Shown: in pieces, positions 31,088 through 47,402 of the stretch | How positions within the stretch are numbered: the stretch's first letter is position 1 | Layout: each line of letters begins with the position of its first letter | From: the human T2T-CHM13v2.0 reference genome, Homo sapiens | Length of the DNA: 64,000 nt | Assembly (NCBI RefSeq): GCF_009914755.1 | Contig: NC_060927.1 | Strand: one strand, 5' to 3' | Notes under the pieces: model-generated | What the model saw: the letters and a program-made list of their open reading frames with translations, nothing else | What the model was told of the DNA's origin: nothing | The model's database searches: none | Program-made: the position numbers and the translations under genes

Positions 31088-31397
31088 GGGCTTTTGTTAT
31101 TTTTCAACAATCAAATAATCCATGTTCATGGTGAAAGAAAATCCACACTCACGGTGAAAAAAAAAATTGTAAAATGCAGATAAACAAAAATGAGAGAGAG
31201 AGAAAGATGAATGGAAAAAAGAAAGAAGAGAAAATACATAACTTCCCTATCCATTACTAACACTTCAGTACTGGCTTCCAAATGTGTTCTTGCTTAAATG
31301 TCTTTTGAGGGGTCTTGCTTGAACTGCTTTCAAACATCAGATTTTACTTATATTTCATCTGGGAAAATCAGTTCCTCTGAGAGCTATTACTGACACA

Positions 31398-31772
31398 CAG
31401 TCATGTGCAGCATGACTTTTGGGTCAACAACAGATGGTACATTCAACAGTGGGCCCATAAGATCATGATGGAGCTAAATAACTCCTACTGCCTGGCAACA
31501 TCGTAGCTGTGGAAATGTCGTGGCACAACACATTACCTTTCTCTATGTTTAGATACACAAATACTTACCATTGTATTTGTACCACTGTACCATTGAATAC
31601 CTACAGTATTCAGTACAGTAACATACTGTACAGTTTTTGTAGCTTAGGAGCAATAGGCTATGCATATAGCCTATATGTGTAGTAGACTATACTTTCTATG
31701 ATGTTCACAAAATGATGAAAACATCTAATGATGCCCTTCTCAGAACATACCCACATCAAGCAGTACTGACTG
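31398..31772. mobile_element. Tigger3/MER7-like TcMar MITE
   Basis: Starts CAGTCATGTGC, contains GGCCCATAAGAT and AGGAGCAATAGGCTAT, ends TGACTG followed by TA. Confidence 0.82.
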
Positions 31773-31929
31773 TACTTTTCAAAGGCAATAGCACTGATGA
31801 ATAAGAATTTCTTTTCATGTAGTGTAATATAAATGTTTGATTCTACATCTTCCTCCAAAATCATTAAGGCTCTTTTGACCTAAGAAGTCTCTTACAAACA
31901 ATATGAACATCTTTCAAAAGGAGACATCA

Positions 31930-32273
<344 letters not shown>

Positions 32274-33612
32274 CTAGTCTACTAGTATTGAGGTATGTTT
32301 TAAATCTTCCATTAGAAAAAAGTGTTTTGCATATGCACCTAAGTGCTAATCTATGTGCAGACCAGCATGTGGCATGCTCCTTAAATGAAATAAACAATAC
32401 TGAACTTTCAAAATGCCACTCTTAAAGATTTGCAGACATGTCCTAATTTGGTTGCAGAAATACCTATAATTCAGCTCTGAAAATTGCATTCAAAACACTG
32501 GTTTCAACCATTTTTTTATAAGGATTTCTTCTTTGGTCACTGATTTATCAGACTCTTAAAAACTCTCTATACACAAAATTATATGCTCTCCAGAATTTGC
32601 TTTAAAATAATTTAGGTAGCAGTTAACCATTACAAATTTAAAACATTTCTAAAAGAGGAAGGGGATCAATGAATAAGAATGGCAGAATGTGGACGATTGC
32701 TGAAGTGGAGGGATGGTAGGTACGTGGGAAATTATCATACTGTTCTCTTATGGATATTTGAATATTTCCATAATACAAAGTTTTAAAAAAATCATTGTGA
32801 ATATATATTGCTCCAATTACGAATCAGTATTTCGTACCCAGTGCACAAATAATTAAGCTCTATTGGAATGGCTACTTACTACGTGCCCAGCACTATTTCT
32901 AGCACTTGATACTCATCAATTCCTTGAGACATGCCTGTTCAGTTGGTATTATTGGTCTCATTTGATATCTGAGGAAACAGATCGAAAGAAACAACCCACT
33001 TGGCCAAGGACTCAAGGCAAGTGAGATGGAGGAGGGGTAGCGGCCACACCACAGAGGTGTCTGCTACATATATTGTTTGGTCCCTTTATAAATATTATTG
33101 TACGTGAGCATGTCTGTTTCATTGTCACTTGCAGTATTTTAGTGCATCCTGTTTTTCTAGAAAAATGAATCAGCCTCTCTCTGTTTATCCAAGATAACAA
33201 AACAAAAAAATGGCCTGAGAACAATATTGGTCTGATGGAGGCCATCCTGACTGAAAGAGGAAACGTCCCTGAGTCAATATCCTCAGTGAGAGACATCCCT
33301 TCATAAAACAAACCAGGAATATTCCAACAAGGTTCAAATAAGCATAAACATCCACAGAGTTCAGTGGAAGCTACACTGCACTCAGCCACCGGCATTTTTT
33401 ACTGCCTGTGGGCTTTTCCTGTCTCATCGCAGACTCAATTCTCAAATTCTGTTCCCTCAAATGTCTCAGGCTTTAAAGCTTCCATAAGATCTCATTTTTC
33501 CCCTTAATTGAGAATGTCCGCTTCCCACCCTTTCTTTCTGCCTATGAAAATTTGACCCTATCTTTAAAAATTCAGTTCAGGGAACACCCTTCTCTGTAAT
33601 CCCATGTAATGA

Positions 33613-34029
<417 letters not shown>

Positions 34030-34759
34030 TGAGAAGTCATTTTCAGATTTCTTTCTAAAACTGAACCTAAGTTATTTAGGACAAAGGCCATGTACTTATT
34101 CATTACTACATCCCGCAGTCCCAGCACAAACTAGAAGCTTAAAGTGGAAGAAAAAGTAAGAAGGAGGGAGGGAGGGAGTAAATGTTGCTTTATGTGCATA
34201 GGCCAGAGAGTCTAATAAGGGGGTTAGTTTCTAAAGTCACCAAGAAAATGCGAAACTAATGTAGAAAAAAAATGTCCCTGAAAATCTCCTAACTGCATAT
34301 TAAGTTTATGTGCCATTTTTAGACATGCTATCTCTTAATTAAAACCAGCACACCCAGTTTTACCTCCCGCTTTGGAACAGATAGCTGAGAAGATAGCTGG
34401 TTTCCATTTAGGAGCCACCTTGTGCCATGACAAGGTGGTCACAATTTGAGGGTCTCCTGGGGACCATGATGAGCAGAAGGAAAAACGAACTTTCATCTCA
34501 TCTCACTCTCACTCCAGGGCAATTGGATTGGAGCAGTGTGCAATCCGTCTTCTCTTTCCTTCTGTCCCCATCTCTCTCCAGGCTTATGTAGTAGCATGTG
34601 GATAAGTCAATGCACACACAGTGTGTGTGCTTTGCTGTGCTTCTTCAAGTTCAAAACCACTAGAGGCTTATGGCTTTCCACGGATTAGCCACTTTTCATT
34701 ATTTCTAACTGGCCTCATTCTAACAAAGGATTTGGAACCTTTTAAAATTCCATAAATCA

Positions 34760-35066
34760 GGCCAGGCGCAGTGGCTCATGCCTATAATCCCAGCACTTTG
34801 GGATGCCAAGGCAGGGGGATTACCTGAGGTCACAAGTTCGAGACCAGTCTGGCCAACATGGTGAAATCCTGTCTTCACTAAAAATATGAAAATTAGCTGG
34901 GCATGGTGGTACATGCCTGTAGTCCCAGCTACTTGGGAGGCTGAGGCAGGAGAATCACTTGAACCCGGGAGGTGGAGGTTAACAGTGAGCAGGGATTGCA
35001 TCACTGCACCCCAGCCTGGGAAACAGAGCAAAACTCTGTCTCAAAATAAAGTAAAATAAAATAAAG
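34760..35066 (+). mobile_element. Alu (AluS-like)
   Basis: TSD TTCCATAAATCA at 34748-34759 and 35067-35078. Confidence 0.95.
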
Positions 35067-36581
35067 TTCCATAAATCATACCAATATTCAGAGTCCAATA
35101 TTATTCATGGACTCTGAAAAATCCCTCCTATGGATACAAAAATAAAATGCAGAATATTCCACCATTGGCTAAAAGAAAACAACGTTATTATAGTACATGC
35201 ACATAGAAAAATCTGGAAGGATGTATACCAAAGCAAACAGTAGATATACAAATGATAGACTATGGGAGATTTTTCCCCCTTAATTAACAAAGAACTATAA
35301 TTACTTTTGAAATAACTTTTAAGGGTTACTTTTTAAAGGCTACTGTCAATTTCTTAGGGATGGACTGAAACAAGAGATTCCAAAGATAAAGCCTGTGCTC
35401 TTTGCAGGCATGTCCTCTCAGAAGAGCGTCTGAGAATAAGACATTCGAAGGACTGAAGAACAGTACGAAGGACTCCTTGAGCCAACAAGCTGCCTGCCCA
35501 GGCTGGCTACAAGCCTGGGGCTACAATGTCTTGCAGCCAACAGATACATCCGGGCATGCTGGTGGGGTCAGCAGACACTGAGGCGCTGGTACCAAGCTTG
35601 AGGTAAGGAGAACAACATCTCTCGAGCATCCATCTGTGCTGGTCTTGGTGCCAGCGATACAACATGTATTTATCTCTAATCCTGACAACACCACCCAAGG
35701 CAGGCAAGAGGCTAGAGAGCTTACCCAATGTCACACAGCCAGCGTTTGAAGCTCAGTAAGCCAAGCTCCAGAAACTGTTTAACAATCTAATAGCTATGAA
35801 AAAGATGTGGTCCCCACATATCTAAAGCTTACAGACAAATGCAGAAAAAGAGAGAGAGAAAGATGTAATGTCAGATGTGAAAAAATATCATCGAAGAATA
35901 AGTACAGGGGTTTTGAGGAGTATATAGGAGAAAAACCTTAAAATAGGCAGAGTCGAGACTTGAACACAGCTCTATTTAGACATAAAGTCTCTGTGCCTTG
36001 CATTATACTAGGCTGCCTCTCCACGCTGTAGGAGCCTGGAAAGGTAAAGGAAGCTCCAACTGAGAGGGCAGTGACACGACAAGTACAAACCTGTCCCCTC
36101 TTCTCCTCCCCCCTCCCCACCACCTCCTGGGCTTCTGAAAGAATCAGTGCAAGAGCCAACATCTCCTTCAACCCATTGACGTCTGTGAGATACCCAGAGA
36201 CGTTCAACCCAGAGATATCCAGGCTGCTTGCCAAACAAGGAAATCCAAGATAAACGTGCCATTCTGTCATGACCTTATCCTGCTGAGAGACAGACAGAAA
36301 CAATGGCAGAGAGGAATAGCCTTGCATGTTTTCATGGCACCTTTCAGAAAGAGATGAAATTCACCATCAGTCACACCTCTTGGAGGTTGTACCATTTAGC
36401 TGATAAGAAACAGCCAGAGAGGCAGGGAGTATGGACACTCCTGAAGGCAATCCTATGAGGAGCCCCCTGAAACTTCTTGAAGAAGAAAAATAGCACTGTT
36501 CCCCTCCCCTTCCAACTCTTCACACTGACAGGAGTTTCTACGAGGCAGTGTTTGTCAGTAGTATTATTAAAAAAGGAACCA

Positions 36582-36884
36582 GGCCAGATTAGTGACTCAC
36601 ACCTGTAATCACAACACTTTGAGACGCCAAGGTGAGAGGATTGCTTGAGGCCAGGAGTTCAAGACCAGCCTGGGCAACATAGTGAAATCCTATCTCTACC
36701 AAAAGAATTTAAAAATTAGCCAGGCATAGTGGCATGCTCCTGCAGTCCCAGCTACTCAGGAGGCTGAGGCGGGAGTATCACTTGAGCCTAGGAGTTCCAG
36801 GTTACAGTAAGCTATGATCACACCACTGTATTCCAGCCTGGGTGACAGAGTAAGATCCTGTCACCAAAAACAAACAAACAAACA
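36582..36884 (+). mobile_element. Alu (AluJ-like)
   Basis: Alu dimer with (CAAA)n tail. Confidence 0.92.
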
Positions 36885-39682
36885 GGTATATAGCACTGGT
36901 TGATGATTTCTTCAATCTCCACACTCTGTTTATTTTTATTAGAGCACAACAAAGGTAATTTTGTTCAAGCCTACTACTTTAGGTTTAGGCTTGAACTGAC
37001 TGCCAAGGGACACAGTTTACCTTTCTTGCCCAAAAATGTGGTGGCCCCAGTAATATTGCCTTCTTGGGTTGCTGGTTAATCCTCGCACAGGCTGAAACTG
37101 GAGATCATATTATATCAATGGTCTCGTTCTCTCAGGATCTCACAGATCGATTTCTAAATTTTGTTTTCCAAATTGGTGGTCCATTAGAAGCACCCAGGAT
37201 TCCATCATTACACCTTCCTTTAGTCACCCAATTTGGGACTTAGCTCCATTTAACATCTACACGCTTTGATGTATTTTGGTCCTGGGCTCCATCTTATAGC
37301 ACTCTTATAGAAAAACGCTTTCTTAAATCCTAGAAACAGCTTTGTTGGGTAGGTGTTTTCGTATCATCTCAGTTTAGAGATGTTGCAAAACCCAAACATT
37401 CTGACTACAGAATCCATATTCTTAACCACTACACCAGATTGCCTCCTCCAAAGAGGGTTTCAGACAACTCAGTTTCTTTATTTTTTAGATAAAGAACCCA
37501 TAAAGGGAAGCGTGGCACACAGAGCATAAACAGAGGTCATGGACACCCCAACCTCCATGATATGAGACCTGAGGATCTAACTGGATCTTTTTGGAACCTC
37601 TTTGGTCAGCCATTAAATTGAGGCAACCACAGAATTCATCTTCTAAGATGACAGTAGGTGTGACCACAGAGCTTAGCTGGATTGACAAGTCTTGATGAAG
37701 GAGAGAATTTGTGGGCAGTGCCTTCAAACTTAGTTCCAAGTGCCTTAAGGAAGATCCTCTGGGGAGCTGGATCTCATATGTTCTTCTGCACCCCTCCTCC
37801 ACCGCCCCCCCCCCACACACACACACTCATCTTCTTTGTAAAAGACTTCTTTAAAACAACATAGAGTATCTTATCTACTCCACATGACAGAGGATGTTTT
37901 TATAGCAGCCAACACAAATGCCTAGATCATTTTTATCTAGGTCCTATTTATCTATCTAGGTCCTCAAGTTCCAGCTCACATCCCATCTGTCTGGAAACTA
38001 ACAGCATTTCCATTGCAAAAAGTTACAATTGCATCTGCCCCACATGGGGGAATAAACCACACCTCTAGGATGCAGAGCTAGGAGACCACACACATCAGCC
38101 TTTACACAAGAATCTCAAGCTTTTCAACTGTAGTGTCCTATGACTATTCTCTTTTCTCAGAATGACACAAGTGGAGAGAATGCAAACAAACTACCAGAAA
38201 TCTGGAGCATCATAAAAGAATCCATGTCACCCTTGATAGGAACAATTCTGTATTGGAATTAATTTTGCTGAATGAACCACAGGTTCCTGAAAACAAATGT
38301 GCTGCCGTTCTTACTTTAGGGTCCTGAAAATGTCACAGAATAACATGCTTTTTCTACCTCAGCTTTTGCTTTGCTTAAACTGTTTTGAAGTATACTAAAT
38401 ATGGCATTTAAAAGGGCAAAAAATATGAACCCAACAGTTTTTAGGCCTCCCTTATAAAGAAACAGTCCTTGTTTTTAAACTTTTCAAGTTTCTTAAATTT
38501 GCTTCTTTGCTGTCTGCTTTTAAAAATTCCAGACAGTAATTCTAATCACAGAAGTCTTTGTGAAACTACATTTCTGTAATTTTTTTTTTAACTCAAGTAA
38601 TGTTATTGGAAGGAAGCAGAAAACCACAGTGCCCAAACAGAAGTGACTAATGCTAGCAGCAAGTGCTGTAATAAATAAGGCCCCGAGAGCAAGAGACCGC
38701 TGCACCACAGTAGCTTGTTGTATATTCCCATGGTCAGGACTATTTGGAGACCAGCAACCAGATTTTCCAGAGCTCTTGATGTGTTAATCAAGGTAACCAG
38801 GTGCAACTCCTTTCACTAGCAATCTTTTGCTAAAGATGATAGAAAGAAAAAATACAGGAAGAGCAAAAATCTAAAGAGAGGAAGAAGTCCAAATAAAACA
38901 TTCACTCAGAAGACAGAAATCATACTAATATGGTCTATGCCCAGTTATATTACAGATCAGTTTTTAAATAACTACATATGTTTTAATGTCTGATGTAATG
39001 CATTACAGGTGTTCTCAAAGTTGTACATGGACGATGGACCAGTGACCTAACATTAAACTTTGAATTTCTCTACTACTGTTTCAACATGTTGTTGGCACAA
39101 TTTCCGAATTAGTTACGTGGTTTTTCTTTGCCACCATAAGGATGTCTGCTCTGGGACCCAAAGAGTCAAAATGCCTTAATCAATCATTGAACTTTCCTTA
39201 TCTTTATTTCAACTCTCACTCACTCACCTTTATCTAAAAAATATTTTGGTAGAGATTATGAATCCATATCCCACACCCTCCTCCTGCACAACCTATCTGC
39301 TTCTGCTCACTGCATGCCCCCCAGTCTTATGACATGATTGGTAATAACTATTTTTTTATTATGATAAATTTGATCACCTCAAAATCAGCAAGAGGCTTGT
39401 TTTAACCCAGACTTATGAGTTGTTTCTCTGACAATGACATTTCAGGTATAACCTTAAAGCAAATTTGGGATGTTGTTATTATTCTCCCAGGTGCAATGAT
39501 CTTTTCTATCAAGTTGTTGTTATTTGAAAGATACACTTTGTTTTCAAAAACCATGAAAATATGAATGACCAATTGTCAAAGTAATTTATTAGAGACATTA
39601 AATTTATACCAATAATATAATACAAATAACATATAACAATGATAATTATCTTTTTGTACTTACAACCAAACCATATTTTCCC

Positions 39683-39739
39683 AGAAAGAAAGAAAGGAAG
39701 GAAGGAAGGAAGGAAGGAAGGAAGGAAGGAAGGAAGGAA

Positions 39740-39797
<58 letters not shown>

Positions 39798-39806
39798 AAA
39801 AGAAAG
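39683..39806. repeat. Compound purine microsatellite (GAAA)3(GGAA)12(GAAA)14
   Basis: Counted directly: GGAA at 39696-39743, GAAA at 39744-39799. Confidence 0.97.
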
Positions 39807-39823
39807 CAAGCAAGTGAGCGTGC

Positions 39824-40163
39824 GTCCAGGCGCAGTGGCTCACGCCTGTAATCCCAACATTTTGAGAGGCTGAGCTGGGCAGATCTCTTGAGCTCAGGAG
39901 TTCAAGACCAGCCTGGACAACATGGCGAAAACCAAAACCAAACCAAACCAAAACCAAAACCAAACCAAAACTATCTCCACCAAAAATACAGAAAATCAGC
40001 CAGGCACAGTGGTGCATGCCTGTAGTCCCAGCTACTCGGGAGGCTGAGGGAGAAGGATCACTTGAGCCCGAGAGGCAGAGGCTGCAGTAAGCTCACATCA
40101 CACCACTGCGCTCCAGTCTGGGTGACAGAGTGAGACCTTGTCTCAAAATAATAATAATAATAA
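39824..40163 (+). mobile_element. Alu (AluJ-like) with internal (AAACC/AAAACC)n expansion
   Basis: Alu dimer with repeat at 39928-39971 and (AAT)n tail. Confidence 0.93.
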
Positions 40164-40315
40164 TGTGCTCGATTCAGTAACCCACTAAAGTGGGTCTGAG
40201 TTTATCATTATTCTTTCCTTACTATCCCCATCGAAATTTATGGCAATAATAGCCTTGGATTCAGTAATTCCATTGCTAAGAACGAATTCTAATGAAGCAC
40301 TCAGGATGCATCTTA

Positions 40316-40628
<313 letters not shown>

Positions 40629-41254
40629 AGAATGTTTATCATATGGCCATTTAAAGTGTGAAAATGGGAAAGAACCTAAATGCTCAGTAAGAGGGGCTAG
40701 ATGAACAAAGTAGGGTACAGCTATAAAATGGAATTCTGGGCAGTCCCAAAGGCCATGCTATGATGCCATTAGCTGTGAAAGGCATCCCACATCATTTAAG
40801 TTTGCAATATATGTTGTCTTTCTTTCTGATGAATTAATCCATTTTTTGTCCATTGAATGACATCACTTCTACGAACTTGCATTCTGACATCCTTATTTGA
40901 ATAGGAGAGAAATACTTTCTATGGGTAAATGTAAATCTGTATAAGTGGAAATTATGTAATTGCTTTCAGGGCTAATCATCCACTATGTGACCGTGTAGAG
41001 AAGATACAATCCTGATAAGCAAACTAGAGGGCTACTATTTATGGCAAATGGGAATTTATATACAATGCCAGAACCTCACAGTCCTTTCTGAAGGGCCATG
41101 CTTCATGGCTGCACTTAATTCTGCATCTCCTCGTTACCTTCATGTAGTTTTGGCAATGTTGTGCTCTCTTGCATATATGCTTAGCTCTCCAGCCAGGCTA
41201 CAGGGTTAAGGCTAGGGTCCCTATCTCCCATGTGGCTTGCATCACTCTCTGTGG

Positions 41255-41810
41255 AGAAAGTATGTGGTTATCGTCTGCCCAGAATCACTTCCCTTCGTCC
41301 GGCCACATCCCTCCCCACCACTACCATGACCACTTCCATTGAGGAACTAAATCTTTCTCCATTCTAACTCTGTGATTCCTGAATGATGAACAATCCAGTA
41401 CCCTTCTCTGCTGAGCTCACAGGAGGTCAAATGAACAGATACTGGCATACATTGAAGTGGGCGGGTGAGGGCGGGTAGAGGGAAGCCCTCTTGTCCCTTT
41501 AGAGGCTGCTCGTTTGGGATGTGGATGCCCAACCTTCCTGAGGCCATATTCCTGCCAATGGAGAAGGCAATATGGCCAAGAGGCAGAGAGATGAGAAGTC
41601 TAAATGATACTAATGAAGTCCCTGGATCTGGAGCCAACCTTGGCCTCACTTGGTTCATGCACCAGCTAGTGTGAGCTAGACCTCTGTCATCTTCAGCTGG
41701 AACAGTCCTGACTAGTCCACCCTCCATCACACAAGCCAGAGACAGGAATCTATATTCTGTGCTGCATTCATGGCCAAACAGCCCAGTCTCTGTTCTTCAA
41801 GCTGTCCAGG
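41255..41810 (+). mobile_element. Old MaLR/ERVL LTR-like remnant (MLT1/LTR16-like)
   Basis: GTCTGCCCAGAATC, GAGGCCATATT and AGAGGCAGAGAGATG...GTCCCTGGATC motifs; heavily diverged. Confidence 0.4.
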
Positions 41811-41955
41811 CTGGCTACCACCTTGGAGATGGGAGCCACACTTGGGACTATATAAGATCAAGTTTGCTGCATCCTTCTAAAATAACATTGCTTCTGCTAA
41901 GGGGAATGAACTGATACGTACTGTTTCTTAATAAACTTAGAAAAAGAAATCATAA

Positions 41956-42343
<388 letters not shown>

Positions 42344-42346
42344 TAG

Positions 42347-42675
<329 letters not shown>

Positions 42676-42759
42676 AACTCTACCCTTTTTCATCCCTGCC
42701 TTCTGTGACAGAATTATAGTGACTCAAATTTTGTTTTTGTTTTAATAAAGCAAAAATTA

Positions 42760-43095
<336 letters not shown>

Positions 43096-44294
43096 TCAAA
43101 AGGAAACAAGTTGTTCTATGCATAGCACTAAAAGCCCTGACTCAAACCAAATGCCACCTCCTTAATCACCTCCATGCAGCACCCTGAGTTTACCATTTAA
43201 GTACCTACCAAGTCCCTCCCTTCCTAGACGTCTGACACCCAGTTGAGCTCATGGATTAAGGTGACACTCATAAACCATTCTTAGCAATGAGTGTGCTACA
43301 ACCACATAGCAATGACTGCAAGGTAATTGTAACTCATGACAAATGAGTTTTCCTGCAGGCGCCAGGAAACAAAAACATCACAGATGGCTTTCTGAATCAA
43401 ATCAAGGTACAAGGGACCAAGTCTTAAATTGGGAAAACCGTGCATTTGATTTCAGTAGGAAACAATTGCAAATAAGTTAATCCCACTCTGTCAGTCCTCT
43501 ATATTCATTACTGGAGCCTACCAACTAATAACAGAGCCTTGAGAAAGAGTACCAAAAACCCAGCATACAGTAATGCAACATGCAGCAGCAGACCACGTCC
43601 TATAACCATCCTCGGTGCCTCAGGATCATATTTCCTATGGGTTTTCCTCCCTTAAAATCCATCCAGTTGAAATCAGTCAATATATAAAACCAAGCTAATA
43701 ATATCTTGTTTGAGCTAGAATTTAAAGAGAATGTTTGCATTCAAGTATATACATATTCTATAGTATGTAAAAAAAAAAAAAATGGCCAGAACTGATGTGA
43801 TGTTCAGTATAGAAAAATAATTTTTACTTTACTAAAGTAATTAGCATTGAAAATCCCAAAGCAGGCTGAGCGTTTTTGGTTAGAGGTAAAATTCTACTCC
43901 TTTTTTTCCATACTCCAAGGGAAGATACCAGAGGTATCTTCCCACGAGGACTACAAAAGAGCATCAATTGGAAAACCACCCATATTGAATGTGTAGGCAC
44001 ATGGGGTGATGAAATACACACAGCATAAAGGTGCATCTAAGAATAGTATCAAAAACAAGGTGTTGCCCAACCTTGGCACACAGCGAACAGGTTGTTGAAC
44101 ACCTACTCCGTCCTGAGGCCACCAAGCAGCTGCTTGGCCAATACTTTATTTATGCCCTGCCCTCTCTTAATTCACACAAGTGTAATATCCTGCCCACCGT
44201 GCCACTCCCCAGCACCTCTCCAAAGCAAAGAAATCTTAGGCCAGGTAAGCTAACAAAAAACATAAAATGAGACATGAGAAGTTTCTTAGGGACC

Positions 44295-44488
44295 TAGGGT
44301 CATCAGATTTAGCAAATAAAAATGCAAGATGCCCAGCTAAATATGAATTCCAGATAAATAATAAATAATTTGTTTAGTACAAATACGTCCCATGCAATAT
44401 CTGGGATATACTTAAAACTAAAAATTTACCTATTGTTTATTTGAAATTCAAATTTAACTGAATACCTGTATTTTATCCAACAACCCTT
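44295..44488. mobile_element. MER53 palindromic hAT MITE
   Basis: TAGGGTCATCAGATTTAGCAAATAAAAAT...GTCCCATGCAATATCTGGGATATACTT...ATTTTATCCAACAACCCT, about 194 bp and self-complementary. Confidence 0.88.
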
Positions 44489-45048
44489 CTTAGGGTAAAC
44501 ATATTGTTAAGGTAAACCCATGATCTATTCCCCTTCTCTCCTGACCACAATCCTAATTTCCTTTGGGAAACATCCACCCCATTTTCAGCCATGTAGGGTG
44601 TCATGTGGGGTAATCAACCCTGAATTTATGCTGAACAATGAAATGCAATGAGCAGAGGAACACGAAATTTTGATGGGAAGAAACTATGGTATACAGTCCT
44701 AGGAGTGAGGAAGCCTGAGAGAAAGGAAGGTATGCCAGCTGCCTTAAACCAGCCCTTTCCTGCACCCCCTGGAAATGCCAGAGAAGCCAGGAAGAAAGGA
44801 ATAGGTGGTGATAACTGAAGAGTGTGTGCTATGGCTACAGGAGGCCCCCAAATCAAGCTGGTCAAAGTTTGTATTAAACCAAACAGAGATATCCATGTTG
44901 TCCATGAAATCACAGCGGGGTTCACCTCCAAAACTCTCCAGGGTGGGTCTCCTTCCCTTCTCCTTATATTTGTAGCCTGAGAGGGTCCTATTATTTTTAA
45001 AGAAAGTTGACGCTTTCTAAAAAATTCTGAAGACATTAAAAACTTATT

Positions 45049-45647
<599 letters not shown>

Positions 45648-45985
45648 AAAACTTATTAAGCCAGTTTGGGGCACTTTGTGAGCTGCATGCTTTGCAACAA
45701 GGAAACTCAAACAAATACTGCTCTAGGAAACAGCTGCCACTGAAGTCAAATTTTGGCTCTTGGTATTGTTTATTGCTTTGTATGACAGGCTAATTCTTGC
45801 CCCAGCAGTATCTTTTTCGGTATCGTGGAGCACATATATCCTTGTCCGCAGGATAGACTAGGTGAGCTTTTGAAGGTTAGGGAAAATGGATGGTTAACCT
45901 AGCTCAAGTCCAGCTCTTTCAGACTTTAGTACCAAGAAAGATTCTAATCCAATGGTACAAGTCTCTCAAGTCTCACAAATGATTC

Positions 45986-46327
45986 TTTTTATTTTTTTTA
46001 TTTTATTTTATTTTATTTTATTTTATTTTATTTTATTTTTGAGACAGAGTTGCTCTAGCCTCTGTTGCCCAGGCTAGATAGAGTACAGTGGCATGATAAC
46101 AGCTCACTACAGCCTCGACCTCCCAGGCTCATGTGATCTTCCCACCTCAGCCTCCTGAGTAGCTGGGACCACAGACACATACCACCCTGCCTGGCTTTAA
46201 AAAAAAAAATTGTAGAGATGGGTCTCCCTATGCTGCCCAGGCTAGTCTCGAACTCCTGGGCTCAAGCAATCTTACCATCGTGTCCTCCCAAAGTGATGGG
46301 ATTACCAGGCATCAGCCACTGTGCCCA
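45986..46327 (-). mobile_element. Alu (AluJ-like) with (TTTTA)n tail
   Basis: Alu dimer with AluJ diagnostics. Confidence 0.9.
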
Positions 46328-47108
46328 TCTCATTCTTCTGGCAGTAATCTCTGCCAAGTATTTGAAGGAAAGGTTCAGAGAAAAAACATTTTTCTTTAAT
46401 TGTGCAGCATGAGTTTAAGAGGAAAAAAAGTTATTTCCCAACTCCTACTGGAAAGACCTCAGACTCCCTATTAAAATAAATACTGTTGTTTATTTAAAAA
46501 GTTTCACTCCTTTCTCAGTCAAACTAAAATATTTGTCTTTGATCTTACAGAAGAGTCCCTCAGGCTCACAAAAGTACTTATATTGTATTTTCCACCTATT
46601 CATTTAGGATACTTATATACCCTTACAGAGAAACTCCTCAGAGATTATCTAAGAACTAGGTCAGTATTTCCTACGCTGGGGAATCTGCTAAGCGAAGCTA
46701 ACCCCAACCAGGACTTGAGTGTGGCCTGTAAAAGACTTTCCCGCTAGACCCTGTGGTTTCTCCAACCTCACTCCTATGCTTTGCCATTTCGAAATCTGAG
46801 GAAAATAGTCTCTCCTGTTCTCCAAATACCAGTAACTTGTTACCCAAGTGAAGACCAAAACAAAACCATGAAGATATTCTTCTCTGTCACAACAATCTTT
46901 GATAAAAATATTGTTTCAAAGACAACTGGCACTAAATGAGTATTAAAAATCCCTGTAAGTTTTAAACTGTTGATGACACATATTAAAGGAATAAAACAAA
47001 ACAAAAAATCCTTTCATATCAGCCAACCCATCTACTATGGAGTATCTGATCATGAAAGTGTATAACAATATGAAAACCATATATGCAAACATATAGGGAA
47101 AAACTTGA

Positions 47109-47402
<294 letters not shown>

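Noticed and set aside
36095-36130. C-rich tract as a minus-strand G4
   Set aside because: Only three runs of 3 or more G, with a long loop.
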